A stretch of 64,000 nucleotides of DNA from Tubulanus polymorphus (Eukaryota; Animalia; Nemertea): positions 8,482,275 through 8,546,274 of the forward strand of contig NC_134032.1 of the NCBI RefSeq assembly GCF_964204645.1. The letters run 5' to 3'. This document shows, piece by piece, positions 12,838-24,312 of the stretch. A model generated the notes under the pieces. The model saw nothing but the letters and a program-made list of their open reading frames with translations, did not search any database and was not told where the DNA came from. The number at the start of each line of letters is the position of its first letter. Position 1 is the stretch's first letter. Position numbers and translations under genes: made by a program.

Positions 12838-13965
12838 TCTATACTATAAGCGGCAAGGCGTCTTAACTTTGTAACGCGTAATCTCCGTTCGTGTGGCTCC
12901 GATTACCCGTTGAGTGGTATGGATTGAAAGAGGATGGTCTGATCTGTGTTTTAGAATCGATTTCGTGCCGATACGATAAAGTTTAGGTAGACTTTTGTAT
13001 CATTTAAGTTTGGACGCTCCGCGTGACGTCACTGCGCGCGCTGATCAAAACAAACATTTGAGCGTCGGTTTTTGTAAAGTGTGCTTGACTACAGAGACGC
13101 GGGTGACCTCAATTCTGGGGATCTAATACATGTAGTGGAGATTACTGCGATGCGGTGAGCATCAGCTGTTGCTTGGCTTTTGACTACCGAGACGCCGGTG
13201 ACCTCCTCTCTCTGCCTGGAATCTAGTAGTGGAGACTGTATGTATTCGAGCTCACCACAGCGCCACTTCCCAAAGAAATGCATGCCAATCCATTCTTCTA
13301 AGAATCACCGAGATTTAATAGCCTGATCTATTATTGTTTTCGGATTGAAAGGTATGAAAGAGTAATTCCAGATACGTCCCTGTTTTGCCATTACATTTCC
13401 TCTTCTTCGATATTTTTTCTAATTCCAGACTTATAGTGTATATTTCATATCGATAAATAAATATATATATATATATATGATATTATATTACATATTATTA
13501 TATATTTTATTATTTTTATCCGCACCTTAGTGATTTATTATAATCCGTCCGCCAGGACGGGTAGTTTGCTAGTCTATCCTATTATATTACATACTATTAT
13601 ATATTATATTATTTTTATCCGCACCTTAGTGATTTATTATAATCCGTCCGCCAGGACGGGTAGTTTGCTAGTCTATCCTATTGTATTACATATTATCATA
13701 TATTATATTATTTTTATCCGCACCTTAGTGATTTATTATAATCCGTCCGCCAGGACGGGTAGTTTGCTAGTCTATCCTATTGTATTACATATTATCATAT
13801 ATTATATTATTTTTATCCGCACCTTAGTGATTTATTATAATCCGTCCGCCAGGACGGGTAGTTTGCTAGTCTATACTATTTATATTATATATTTTATTAT
13901 TTTTATCCGCACCTTAGTGATTCATTATAATAATCTACCCGTCCGCCAGACGGGTGGTTTGCTAG
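12838..13965 (+). mobile_element. Non-autonomous Helitron with a tandem array of terminal ~99-bp units
   Basis: 5' A|TCTATACTATA; 3' hairpin ACCCGTC-CGCCA-GACGGGT, then CTAG|T. Further hairpin+CTAG ends finish at 13572, 13671, 13770 and 13869. Confidence 0.8.
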
Positions 13966-14418
13966 TAAATATATAAGCTTTAATGCGAATATAATATAGT
14001 ATTATAAAATATGTCAGAGTCGAAACAATTGGTGAAGCGCAAAGCCGAAAAATCCCATTTTCGCCAAGATTCAAGTAAACGAATTGATAATATATGGCTG
14101 CGTGAGTGTCCCTTCAACCCGACGATTTAATTTTAGACGTACAAGATACATATATATCCGTTGTTAGTTTCCTCTAACATGTGAATTACGATGTTGTAAT
14201 CCTTCGATGAAAAATAAATACTTCATTCGATCCCCTTTCATAATTCGTGAGAATTTTTATCTAGTCTTCTGATTTTGATAATGAAAAATGGTTATTCTTT
14301 ATCCGTAGATCGCGTCGTTTAGTTTCTAATGATCCGATTTTCCTTAAGATGGCGAATGGGTGTAAAGACACATTTTACCGCAATGATTTTGTGGATGCCC
14401 GACATTTCGCCGCATAAA

Positions 14419-14760
14419 CATCCTCGCCGGCAGGGATTCGAACCTGATGGCATTGAGGCTCGCCGCGGTACGAAACCCTGCCACACTAGACCCAGCGCGC
14501 AGTTACACGCGCAACTTAGATAATGAGATTTGGGTCATTTATTAGCCAATAAGAGATCCCATTTTATTTTAGCTCTGGTTTTTCCAAATTATCCGTGAAA
14601 TTTGCCTCAGCGATTATGCAACGAGCCTGATTGTGGTGCGAATAGTTTTCGCGCGGCAAACCTGCGCGTGTTCCTGCGCACCCTGTCTAGTGTGGCAGGG
14701 GTTCGTCCCGTGTCGAGCCTAGCGATGCCAGCAGGTTCGAATCCCTGCCGAGGGAGAATG
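14419..14760. mobile_element. Palindromic interspersed element with inverted tRNA-like arms (copy 1)
   Basis: B-box GGTTCGAATCC at 14734-14744 (+) and 14434-14444 (-). A-box-like TAGTGTGGCAGG in both arms. Confidence 0.7.
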
Positions 14761-14852
14761 CTATCAACTGAATTTATGACGGTATCAAATCGACCCAAGA
14801 GTTAACAGGGTCTTAAGACCCACGAATCGGTGTTTTCTCGTCTTTAAGTTCT

Positions 14853-15749
14853 TCAGGCGTTTCTGGCCAGTAAGACGTTTTCCAGTGTCGCAGGCAACAT
14901 CGGGAACCCATAACTATATACGACATGTTTACGGATGATATCCTGAATTTGTGCGCGCGACTTTTCCAGTAAAGTATCTATGTCTCGACCTGCGATGAAC
15001 GTCACTATCGCGTCGCCCATCTTACGAATGGCTGCGTCATGTGCGCTGATGCACGATCGGGCTGGTTGCAGAGCTAGGTGCATCATAAGTGCGCCCTCGT
15101 CGATAGAGCGCGAAACCGCCGTCATCTTAGCAGCTTTCGTGCGTAGGAGTTCATCTAGGTCAACTAGGTTTTGGGGCATGAATGGACCGTCGCCGGCAAG
15201 GGCTCGTAGTCCTCGTAGTACGTTCCAAAACGCCGTGTTGTTCGTTGCAGTCACGAACACTCGCCCACGCGCGTTAGCTAACTTGTAGAGCGAGACTTCC
15301 AAAACATCCCCCGGATCGTCGAAGTAATAGAGCACGTGCGAGAAAACGATCAAATCGTAGAAGTCGTTCGGTAAGAAAGAAGGCGCCGCCTCGCTAGAGA
15401 ACTCACGTTTATAGACCTCGGATTCGAAGTTGTACTTGCTGGCGAGTGTATTCATTCGAGTCTCCAGCTCCCGTGCCATAGCGTCGTTTGGTTCAATACA
15501 GTCCATGCGTTCGAAACTCACTTCATCGCCGAGTTCGGTCACCACGTCTTCCAACAAATATCCGTGAGCCGAACCGACTGATAGCAGCCTCAAACCTCTC
15601 CGCCTGTCGTTGTCTGTTGTCTCCAGTACGTCGCTAGCAGTCTGACGGACGGCACGAACGGCTTCACATAATCTCTTCTCCGCGAAAGTAGCTTCGCTGT
15701 GATGCAAACGGAGTGACCGGAAAGCGTCGCTGTATTTTAGACCATTCAT
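14853..15749 (-). CDS. Histamine N-methyltransferase-like class I SAM-dependent methyltransferase (no internal introns)
   Basis: The ORF has KYSDAFRSL, motif I LRLLSVGSAHG, DCIEPN and YDLIVFSHVLYYFDDP, in the same order as in HNMT. The first ATG is at 15749, but the frame stays open upstream past a possible acceptor (~15778), so a short upstream exon is possible. Confidence 0.75.
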   Translation of the reverse strand: MNGLKYSDAFRSLRLHHSEATFAEKRLCEAVRAVRQTASDVLETTDNDRRRGLRLLSVGSAHGYLLEDVVTELGDEVSFERMDCIEPNDAMARELETRMNTLASKYNFESEVYKREFSSEAAPSFLPNDFYDLIVFSHVLYYFDDPGDVLEVSLYKLANARGRVFVTATNNTAFWNVLRGLRALAGDGPFMPQNLVDLDELLRTKAAKMTAVSRSIDEGALMMHLALQPARSCISAHDAAIRKMGDAIVTFIAGRDIDTLLEKSRAQIQDIIRKHVVYSYGFPMLPATLENVLLARNA

Positions 15750-16493
15750 CTCGTGCAACGAGATAGAATTAACAGTTCTACAATAGTATATGAATTGCGG
15801 GCGCGGTGCGCTTTCTTAGACTGGTTTTGCTCTAACACGTATCCGGATTACGTATATAGCATCTCAGACCGACTCGGAGTTTCTCGGTTTGTAACGAAAC
15901 GAGTACCAATTTTCTGTCCTTAAGTACTGAAAAAAATTATATAACTTTTCAGCTTAAATTCAGACCTGGTCAACTGCGCCACAAACTACTTAATTTACGC
16001 GTTGTGTGGCCTATAGAGCGCCATATACGCCTGTGATCTCGACTTTTACGTAAGCTACATGTATTCGTGCACAAAACGTGGTAGGCGCACAATAGAAATT
16101 ACTTGATCAAGCATATGACAGACGATATACAGACATTAAGAGAGAAAAAAAAACAAATAAACAGCAATTCTTCAGCCGTAGTCATCTTATGATGATTTAA
16201 TAAATTTTTAATTACTACGTATGTGTAATTTCGGTATCGCCGACGAACGGCGGACCAAGATTTTGCAAAGGTCAAACGGCAAAAAACTTCGTGGCAATTA
16301 TTCGGAAAGCCGATCAATATCAATTCTAGTCGAACTTTACCTCGATATTCAGCCTGATTACTCCAAGTTTGAACTAATGATGGTGATCATGACGCGTTGC
16401 TGTCTGCAAGTTGTGCGGACGCCAACACAGCTGCACACACATTTCGCAATATGCGACACATGTTAGTGGCATATTCATAGAAAACTCTACCCC

Positions 16494-16633
16494 AGAAAAT
16501 TCTAGATTAAACCCGATCCAATGAATTTACATAAATAACGAATAAATAATCGATAAAAATCTCTACAAATCGAATAATTTCTCGAAGGTTCGCAGTATAT
16601 AGATATTTAAAATGCACCGGGTGTCCAGTCAGT
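16494..16633 (+). promoter_or_regulatory. Heat-shock promoter: two HSEs, TATA-like box, Inr-like motif
   Basis: Perfect three-unit HSE tTTCtcGAAggTTCg at 16578-16592; second HSE aGAAaaTTCtaGAtt at 16494-16508; TATATA/TATTTAAA at 16596-16612; TCAGT at ~16629. All lie directly upstream of an sHSP ORF. Confidence 0.8.
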
Positions 16634-16702
16634 GATTTGAAGACGATTGTTTGGAGCGACAGACGTTTTAAAGCGATTGTTGGATTTAGTGAATAGCAGA
16701 CG

Positions 16703-17581
16703 ATGTTTCCACGTTTCCCCGTTTATGAATTTGAAGAAGGGGGCGCATCGGCGATGCCCCCCATATTCGACTCGATGATGCGCGAATCTTGGAATAACTG
16801 GGACGACATGATGGCAGAAATGCAGCAACATTTCGGGCCAGAAAATCATTGCCAGTGGCAGCGCCGTCGCCCAAGAGACGAGCGAGGCTCACCGAGACAT
16901 CCCAGGGGTAACAGGAGAGGCAATTATGAAGGATGTCAAAGGGGACGGTACAACGCGCCTCCTAGCGGCGATCCGTCTGAGCAAACGACATCGGCGATGT
17001 GGTCGATGAAGATTCGCTTGCCCGGGTTTCGGGCGGCGGATATTGAAGTGAGAATCGCAACCGAAGATCCGCGCAGATTAGTGATCAGAGCGGCGCGCAG
17101 ATTCTCCGACCAAGACGACCGCGAAGTGATCAGGCGAATTCAAATACCGGACGATGTCAATAAAGAAACGATTAGAACCGTTTTCAACGTGGGCGAGGCG
17201 ATTTTGAGGATAATCGGCGTTCGAACGACGGTCTCGGCACCGCCGCGAGGTGCCGAGCAGAAAGCTGGTCCCGAACCTGAGTCGAGGATGCGAAACCGAT
17301 CTGAGCGGAGGCGTGAGCAAAGATCTTCAGGAGAACCTGTTATTATCCCAATTACACGCGGCCCGAGCGCTCCACCGTTTGACACAGACACCCAGACGCG
17401 CGAAGAATCGGCGCCTGGTTTCCCCGCTAGTGATGGCGATGATGGTAACTCTACAACCACACTCGCCACAGTGGCCATTGATGACGGCTTCAATCCTGAC
17501 GACATCAAAATCGACGTCATGAACGGTACGCTGTCACTGCACGGTCGACACGACGATAGACAGGGGGTTCTCCTCATATGA
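16703..17581 (+). CDS. Small heat-shock protein (HSP20/alpha-crystallin family; two-domain p40-like), second domain truncated
   Basis: First ACD: WSMKIRLPGFRAADIEVRI...LVIRA...REVIRRIQIPDDVNKETIRTVF..GEAILRIIG. A second ACD begins at VAIDDGFNPDDIKIDVMNGTLSLHGRHDDRQ, then runs into repeat sequence and a stop. The ORF is intronless and has an HSE promoter. Confidence 0.8.
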   Translation: MFPRFPVYEFEEGGASAMPPIFDSMMRESWNNWDDMMAEMQQHFGPENHCQWQRRRPRDERGSPRHPRGNRRGNYEGCQRGRYNAPPSGDPSEQTTSAMWSMKIRLPGFRAADIEVRIATEDPRRLVIRAARRFSDQDDREVIRRIQIPDDVNKETIRTVFNVGEAILRIIGVRTTVSAPPRGAEQKAGPEPESRMRNRSERRREQRSSGEPVIIPITRGPSAPPFDTDTQTREESAPGFPASDGDDGNSTTTLATVAIDDGFNPDDIKIDVMNGTLSLHGRHDDRQGVLLI

Positions 17582-20500
17582 CAAGGGCACTTTATTGCTC
17601 GTTGAAAGCATCCCGGCGAGCGCCGGAGGCGCGATGCTCATGCAGGGGGTCCTCCAGAAAATTCTGAAAAATAAGGCACACTTCTATGCAATTTTAGTGC
17701 ATATTACTGCTTTAAGAAGTAATGTGGACTTTCGTCATAGATGAATGTCGGGTGGAATTTTTCATGTGATTTTCAAAAGGGCATTTGGTCACAAAAGGGG
17801 GCTCGGAACGCCCCCAACTCCTCTGGATACGCCCCTCCGGTGCCTGCGCGATTCTTCATCCGGCTAAATTTGGCTTTATCGTTAAATGCCAATTAGCAGG
17901 TACGAAGCCATGCCCCGAAGTTCGGATTATAGGTATCATAATGCTTGCTTGCAGTCTCATGCGTCAATATTTTCATGCTTCCAGCGTCGTGTTACAGACA
18001 GTTAATCGGGAAATTAAAAATGAACCTTTGAATTGTCACTACGTCAACTATGCACTGAGCGACTGCCCCCTAGACTCCACTAGAGTTAACTCTTTGTAAC
18101 GATTAACTATCTTTAACCTAACTCACGACTGTAAAACTGGATCCAGGATTTCACTCGGTCTTCTACTATTCATTTATACACATGCTTCACTCATGATGAC
18201 GTCGTATGATGCTAGATTTATAGGCGGCATAAGTGCGAATCAGTGGCACTGAAAAAAACGACCGCTAGACAGACGACCAGCGAGGACTCGTTTCACCAGC
18301 TATCCCGCGAGCATATCAATTGAGAGATTCATTTTGAATGAATTTTCATCTAGATTTATAGCTTCCCACTTAAAAATAGTTTCCTGGTCGTTTGTGGCAA
18401 GCTTTTGTACATCATGGGATGGGCTTACACTAATGTGGTTAATGAAAATATCCGATCGTGAAACAAAAAACCACATACCGGGTACAGGTTACTGACTAGC
18501 TTTCCCATACGCGAGATTAGGCAAATCATGTCTCTTTGTAATCAGATTGGTCTTCAGGGTTCAATGTGTATTCATCGAATTCGTAGAATCTCGGAAATCA
18601 TGAATAGATTTTAATCGAATCTGAGAAGATTCTGGCAGTCCGAATGCACACTAGCAAACATGAGTGATGGATCTTCACTTTTGCCACAAGTGAAAACCTC
18701 GATTGCCACAGTTGAACGAGTCCTCATAAGAATCCGACAGACAAGAACACAGATTATCGATTTCTTTTTTATACAGCGTTAAACAATTTTAATTTTTAAC
18801 AAAAACCAAAAAATATGGCAACATTTTTTTTTCAAATATTGAATCATTTTAAACACATATTAAGAGACACATTCTTAAACGAATAGAATAAATAAATGTT
18901 CTAGGAATGAAGCGAGGATGAAATGAGAATATATCAACTTATTCTAGAATGGCCCTCCACCCCGCCCAACGGAGCCCCATTTTGCGTGATTAAAGCTTAA
19001 AACGAAGGTTTAATCATTTCCATGGTTTGTAGCAGTAAGTAAGGCTGAAGCAAAAGTGGGGAACTTTTCAGCGCATTTGATGCCAAAAAAGTAGCACGTT
19101 GATTTTCGTTGAATCGCACCCCAATGCTGTACATCCTCTGCGCATCATGATTTGTCGAACTACAACAAAACGCTTTGCACAAAACCTTTACTTACTACAT
19201 GTAAAAAGAAATGATACCTTGTTTCTACTTGAATTGGCAGGTTTGGTAAACTGCGATCAAGTTCATAATCATTTCTTTAGCTGCTGGGTCACAGCTAGCT
19301 TGATCATGATTTTAAAGAAGTTATAGAGCACTGGGTGGTGCGGCTGTCAACCTGCTGTCCGTGCCCAACCCCCTCAGACCATCACCTTACCAATGGCGAA
19401 GTCCGGACGAACACTTTTTTCACAAATGGTGAATGACTGCCTAAAATCGATGGTTAACCCATGACACCTCGATTCATTTTGAAAGAAAAATGTCGGGGTA
19501 CTGCCAGCCACAGGGCGTGGCAACGCTTTGACAAGCATTTTGGAAGAAAATGGCAAATGTCAGCGGGTGTGTGTGTACAGACAATAGGTTGATAGCTGCA
19601 TTAGACAGGCGGCAGGCCGGGTCACCAGTGATTTTGGTCATTGGTGATTTTTCAATTTTCCCAAATCGAAAATGAGGCCTTCATAAAAACGAACAGATAC
19701 GATCATGCTGAAGTCAACATTTCAATGGTAACTTGTTGATGAAGGTGATTCTCAAGGGAAATCGCTAAAGAAAGTTGCCCCTATCAAATGCAATTCGAGA
19801 AATGTAGATGAATTTCCCAAATATTTCCCCAAAGATTTGACGAAAATTTCTCCTATTCCCAAATATTTCCAAACTGGCAATTATTATTTCAAAATTTCCA
19901 AGTTTTTCCTTATTTCCCTGTTCTGTGGGAGCCATGTTAAATTTTCGAAAAAGTAAAATAAGGGCATTGAAAATTTCTTGAAAAGTGGACTCTCTACGAA
20001 CCATGTCAATGAATGAGAAAACCAGGGTATCATTTTCTCTGAGTAAACCAGGTAGGGTCGACCAAATTGAGAAAATCTAGACAATCGCAATGTTGAAAAT
20101 TTCAGATTTAAAAAATTCGCCCGACATACTGGTAACGGATACTAAGGGTTCGTAAACTTTTTCAAAATTAACTACTTTTACGTAAATTACATACGTTGTA
20201 AATGTACCCAATTTTCCGAAATCGAGGACTGCCATCGAAAAAAGTACACGCAAAATCCTACACCCCAAACACACTCATTTTGATGATCGTTAAATCACAG
20301 GGTCCCTACAGATCAGTCATTCTTGGATATAAGGAGTATTAAGGTGAAAATTTCAAGTTTCAAGTTTCGAAAAAGTGTCCCCAACACCCAATCAATCACT
20401 GTAGACTCCTTCCAAATCGGTACCATTTATCACAGTGAACCATTAATTCACTGGTTTTGTAAGAAAATGTCTATCGTTAAGACTACCTAAACTCGTTTTG

Positions 20501-20640
20501 TAATTTGGTAACCGCCTGATTCGGTAAAAACAAATCCCAACTGTCCCGATTTAGGTGTAGGCTAGTCTACTGAACAACTACAAACTAGAAGTCATCTAAA
20601 TGCCTTTTTTAAAAATTGAAGGAGTCTTAAATGAGTTTAA

Positions 20641-20928
20641 CCCTTTCAGTGCTGGCTAATTAATACCCTATAGTGCTGAAGATTATTTCATAATTCTGAA
20701 AAATTCCACCCTAGTGTGTTGAATAACGGGAATACAGCTATAGTGCGTCTACACCGCGGCGCGGTGTATCATTGGTTACTAGTATTTCACTATGTTTGAC
20801 AGGTGCTGCCATCTTTCAAGGGAGATAATTAGTAATTACTAATAAAATCAATACACCGCAGTGCGGTGTTCTAGCAATATCCATCACTGATTCGTACACC
20901 GCACTGCGGTGTAGACGCACTGAAAGGG
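20641..20928 (-). mobile_element. piggyBac-type MITE
   Basis: TTAA-flanked CCCTTTCAGTGC TIRs; reverse-orientation copy of 8234-8515. Confidence 0.88.
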
Positions 20929-22427
20929 TTAAGGCATTTCGCTCAAATTAACAGAGTTTAGAGCACCATTAAAAATATTTACCATTTAGAAGGAGTTTTT
21001 AAGGAATCAAGGAGTCGACAGGGGGCTCCGCTATTTGCGGGAGGTGAAGGGGCTTTTCACCGGATGATCGACACAATCTATACAAGCGCGTTTGAGTATA
21101 TATCGACTGGCAGTGATATGAGAACAGGGTTTACATAATATATACTAAGTGACCCTTCCAGAAAATATGGCGTTTCCCCCGAAAATCCCAGTGTTCAAAA
21201 TCAGCCACCCCTCATGAAATAACTGCTGCCCCTACCAGAGAGTGGATGTCAATATTCTATCAATGCCGATGATTGCTTTGAAATATATTGAGCGAATATG
21301 AAAAATAGAATCTAATTACAACCAAATTTAGCTAAATTTCTATTTCCAGAGGTATCGAAAGCCTTGATACTTCAGCGATGTCGAACTCGTAACAATGAAT
21401 GCAGTCCTTCTCTAATTCCAGCAAATGGAAAACACTGAATCCCCCTGTGACATCATCACACGGTATATCTGAGGAAGCCAGATAAATAGACATTACACAA
21501 TGATATGTCATAGGAAGCAGCCATTTTCAGGAAAATTCTGTTGATTTTAGAGAAGTGATCGCCTCCATAAATCCCCCTATGACAGCCGTAATTGATAATG
21601 TCATAGGAGGATTTATGGAGTCATAGGAGGATTTATGGCGGCAGCACTCTTTGGGGAAAGGACTGTAATTGAAGAAAGTATATTGATGATACGATGTATA
21701 GGGGATTTATGCAGCATCCACTTTTTCTGAGAACAGCCAAAAGGGCAATTTGATGATGTCATAAGGGGATTTTTGGAGGCAGCCACCTTTTACAAAATGA
21801 ATATCGGACCGTTTAATGACGTAATAATGGGCTAATGAAGGCAGCTATGTTACCGTAATGATAAGAGTTGTAATCATATGATGATGTCATAGGGAGATTT
21901 ATGGAATCGAGCCATCTTTACTGGAAGTGTCTATGGGATCGTCCATTGATTACGGAAGCGATTTACGCACCTGATGCGCGTACTACACGTAATAAATCGA
22001 CGAGCCCTGTAACAACACAGAGGTTTGAAACATTCAACACCACAAAACACACACTTCAAATATCAAACCAATATAAATAATCTTTGGTCAGTTAGAAAAA
22101 AAAAATAAAGAATGGGCCAAGAAAATACAGCTAATTTGATGATTCGAAATATTCAGAAGTTCCCCTCCCCCGCCATAACGACCCGTCTAATCATAACACT
22201 TACTTTCATCTCAATTTTTAGTACGAATAAAACTTTTTCTAAAACTTTTCTAACAACACATTCAATGACACTACGATGATATTTATAATAGGTTCGTAAC
22301 GCGGTCTCCGGTCCGGTTTCGAAAAACTGATTACCGATCATTTATACCGGCGCAGCATGTCAGCCGGCACGACCCGAAGAAGTCCGTCGTCCGAAATCAT
22401 TTCAATTTCAATTTTCAACCTTAGAAC

Positions 22428-22708
22428 CATCTTCCCCGACAGAGATTCGAACCCGATGGCATCAAAGCAGTACGACACCCTACCCGATGTGATTGTAGTC
22501 AATCGGAAATCCCGTTTTATTTTGGCCCGCGTTTTTCCATTTATAGTTTATTCGCAAAATTCGCCTCAGCGATTACACAACGGTCAATCAGATTGGCGCC
22601 ACAAGTTTTCTTGCGGCGCATCTGCACACTCGGTCTAGCGTAGCAGGAGTTCGCGATGTAGCCGAGTGTAATGACGCCATCAGGTTCGAATCCCTGCCGG
22701 GGAGGATA
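22428..22708. mobile_element. Palindromic tRNA-arm element (copy 2)
   Basis: Left arm CATCTTCCCCG..GATTCGAACCC; right arm GGTTCGAATCCCTGCCGGGGAGGAT. The spacer is homologous to copy 1 (GCCTCAGCGATTA). Confidence 0.65.
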
Positions 22709-23430
22709 CCTCCGAACTATTTTTAAACAACCAAATAGAAATGTTATGAAACGAGCCTTGAAAAAAGATATACGGTAGAATACGCTTAGGTTCGATACAC
22801 CTAACTCTCGGTTCGTACCGGCCCATTTGGGAATAAGAAAATACTTAGGGCCTAAACATATACGGAAGTACATAAGTCGGATTTCATTTGTTGCGCTCGG
22901 ATAAAATCGCTTGGTCCAATTGAGAAAGCCAAGCGCATTTTGTTGCATGTCAGTGTTCTCCACAACAGGTTTCAGAGGGGTGGCCACCCTTCATTTTTAC
23001 ATCCACTGAGAATCTGCCACCCCTTATAAAATATCCGCTACCCCTACCAGAGCGGATGTCAATATTCCATCGTTGTTGATTTAAACGCTTTGAAATATAT
23101 CGCGCTCGTGTGAACAATAGACGATTACACCAAAATTAAGCATGGATTTTCAGTATTTTTTTGGGGGGGAATTGAAAGCCTCGCTACTCGGCCGCGATGT
23201 CATAATGAAGCCCGTTTAAAATTCCCGCATATGGAGAACACCGCATGTCTAACTCAAATGAAAATTTGAAGTAAAGCTACGACCCCGAGGTGCCCCGTCA
23301 ATCTGTTGAAAATTAGGTAATTGAAAATCATTCAGGCCTGAAATGAGGTCATCAAAATTCTTCTGTCACTAAACCGGCCTTTAGCCCGACGCGCATTACG
23401 AGTCTAAGTAGTAATGTTCAACGTTTGTCA

Positions 23431-24312
23431 CTAGATAGCAGCGCTCATCGCTGTTTGATCGTTGACGTTCAGATCGCGCAGGTGATCACTCATCGTCTCG
23501 ATCTCCTGTCGTTCTTGACGATCGGTCAACTGCAACTTCGCGACGTCCAAATCGTCCATCGACTTCGACCGATGAAACAGCGCGGTCAGCCCGCCGGGTT
23601 TCGACACGGCGGGCGACACCACCTGTGCGACGGACGACGCGGCAGCGCCACCGTTCAACGTCGTCTGCTCCTCGACCGATCGACTCAAACGCCCTCTAGG
23701 AAGTTCGTACGGTTTCTTTTTAGTCCACGACGAACGCTTGGCGCGACTGGAACGCGCCGCGCGCTGGCACCGGCGCCGGGGCGTGACCGTCACCCGCAAA
23801 TGCGGCGGCGACATCACCTGCATCGGTTTCGAGCTGTCGTCCATTTCGACGACGACGTCGCTGCGCGAATATTCCTGAGCCTTCGGATCCGGTACGACGG
23901 GGGTAAACCCGCAATCGGCGATGAACGATAATCTACCGAGTTCGCGATTCGAACCCGGCGGCGGCACAGGACTCGATGGAAATCGCACGTCGGTCGATAC
24001 CCCGATAACGTACTTCGGGTCCATTTGAACTATTTGAACGCCGGCGTCGACATCGTAAGACACCCCCGGCGAGTGAGGTAGAGCAGCAGATAAACCGGTC
24101 GCGGTGGTACTATTCATACGTATTTCTTTATCGGACTCGCTTTTGGCGCGGGCTCGGTCGGCGCGCTCGCGCAGGTATTGCCGTCGACTTTCCGTCACCG
24201 TGCTCAGCATGCCGAGTTCGTGTAACGCGTTGTCCAAATCGACGCCACCTGCTGGCGGCGACGCGCAACAATAACAGTTGTTTCGTCGGGATATCTCCAT
24301 CGCCGGGAACAT
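23431..24312 (-). CDS. MACIR: MACIR / C5orf30 (UNC119-binding protein) homologue, single coding exon
   Basis: Three collinear blocks match the recalled human protein: GVQIVQMDPKYVIGVST ~ GYQILHMDSNYLVGFTT; ARSSR-x10-PYELP ~ ARSSR-x10-PYEIP; RSKSMDDLDVAKL...EIETMSDHLRDLNV ~ HSKSLDYLNLDKM...DTEVLQYQLQHLTL. A splice acceptor (ctatttcag) at ~24337 implies a non-coding first exon. Confidence 0.8.
   Translation of the reverse strand: MFPAMEISRRNNCYCCASPPAGGVDLDNALHELGMLSTVTESRRQYLRERADRARAKSESDKEIRMNSTTATGLSAALPHSPGVSYDVDAGVQIVQMDPKYVIGVSTDVRFPSSPVPPPGSNRELGRLSFIADCGFTPVVPDPKAQEYSRSDVVVEMDDSSKPMQVMSPPHLRVTVTPRRRCQRAARSSRAKRSSWTKKKPYELPRGRLSRSVEEQTTLNGGAAASSVAQVVSPAVSKPGGLTALFHRSKSMDDLDVAKLQLTDRQERQEIETMSDHLRDLNVNDQTAMSAAI

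Noticed and set aside
13530-13976. 148-aa repetitive ORF
   Set aside because: It is a translation of the 99-bp Helitron-end array (33-codon period).
14682-14760. tRNA gene
   Set aside because: A/B boxes are present but there is no convincing cloverleaf or anticodon arm, and it occurs as diverged inverted repeat copies.
14980-17577. Antisense ORFs over the methyltransferase and sHSP
   Set aside because: They are shadow ORFs of GC-rich coding sequence.
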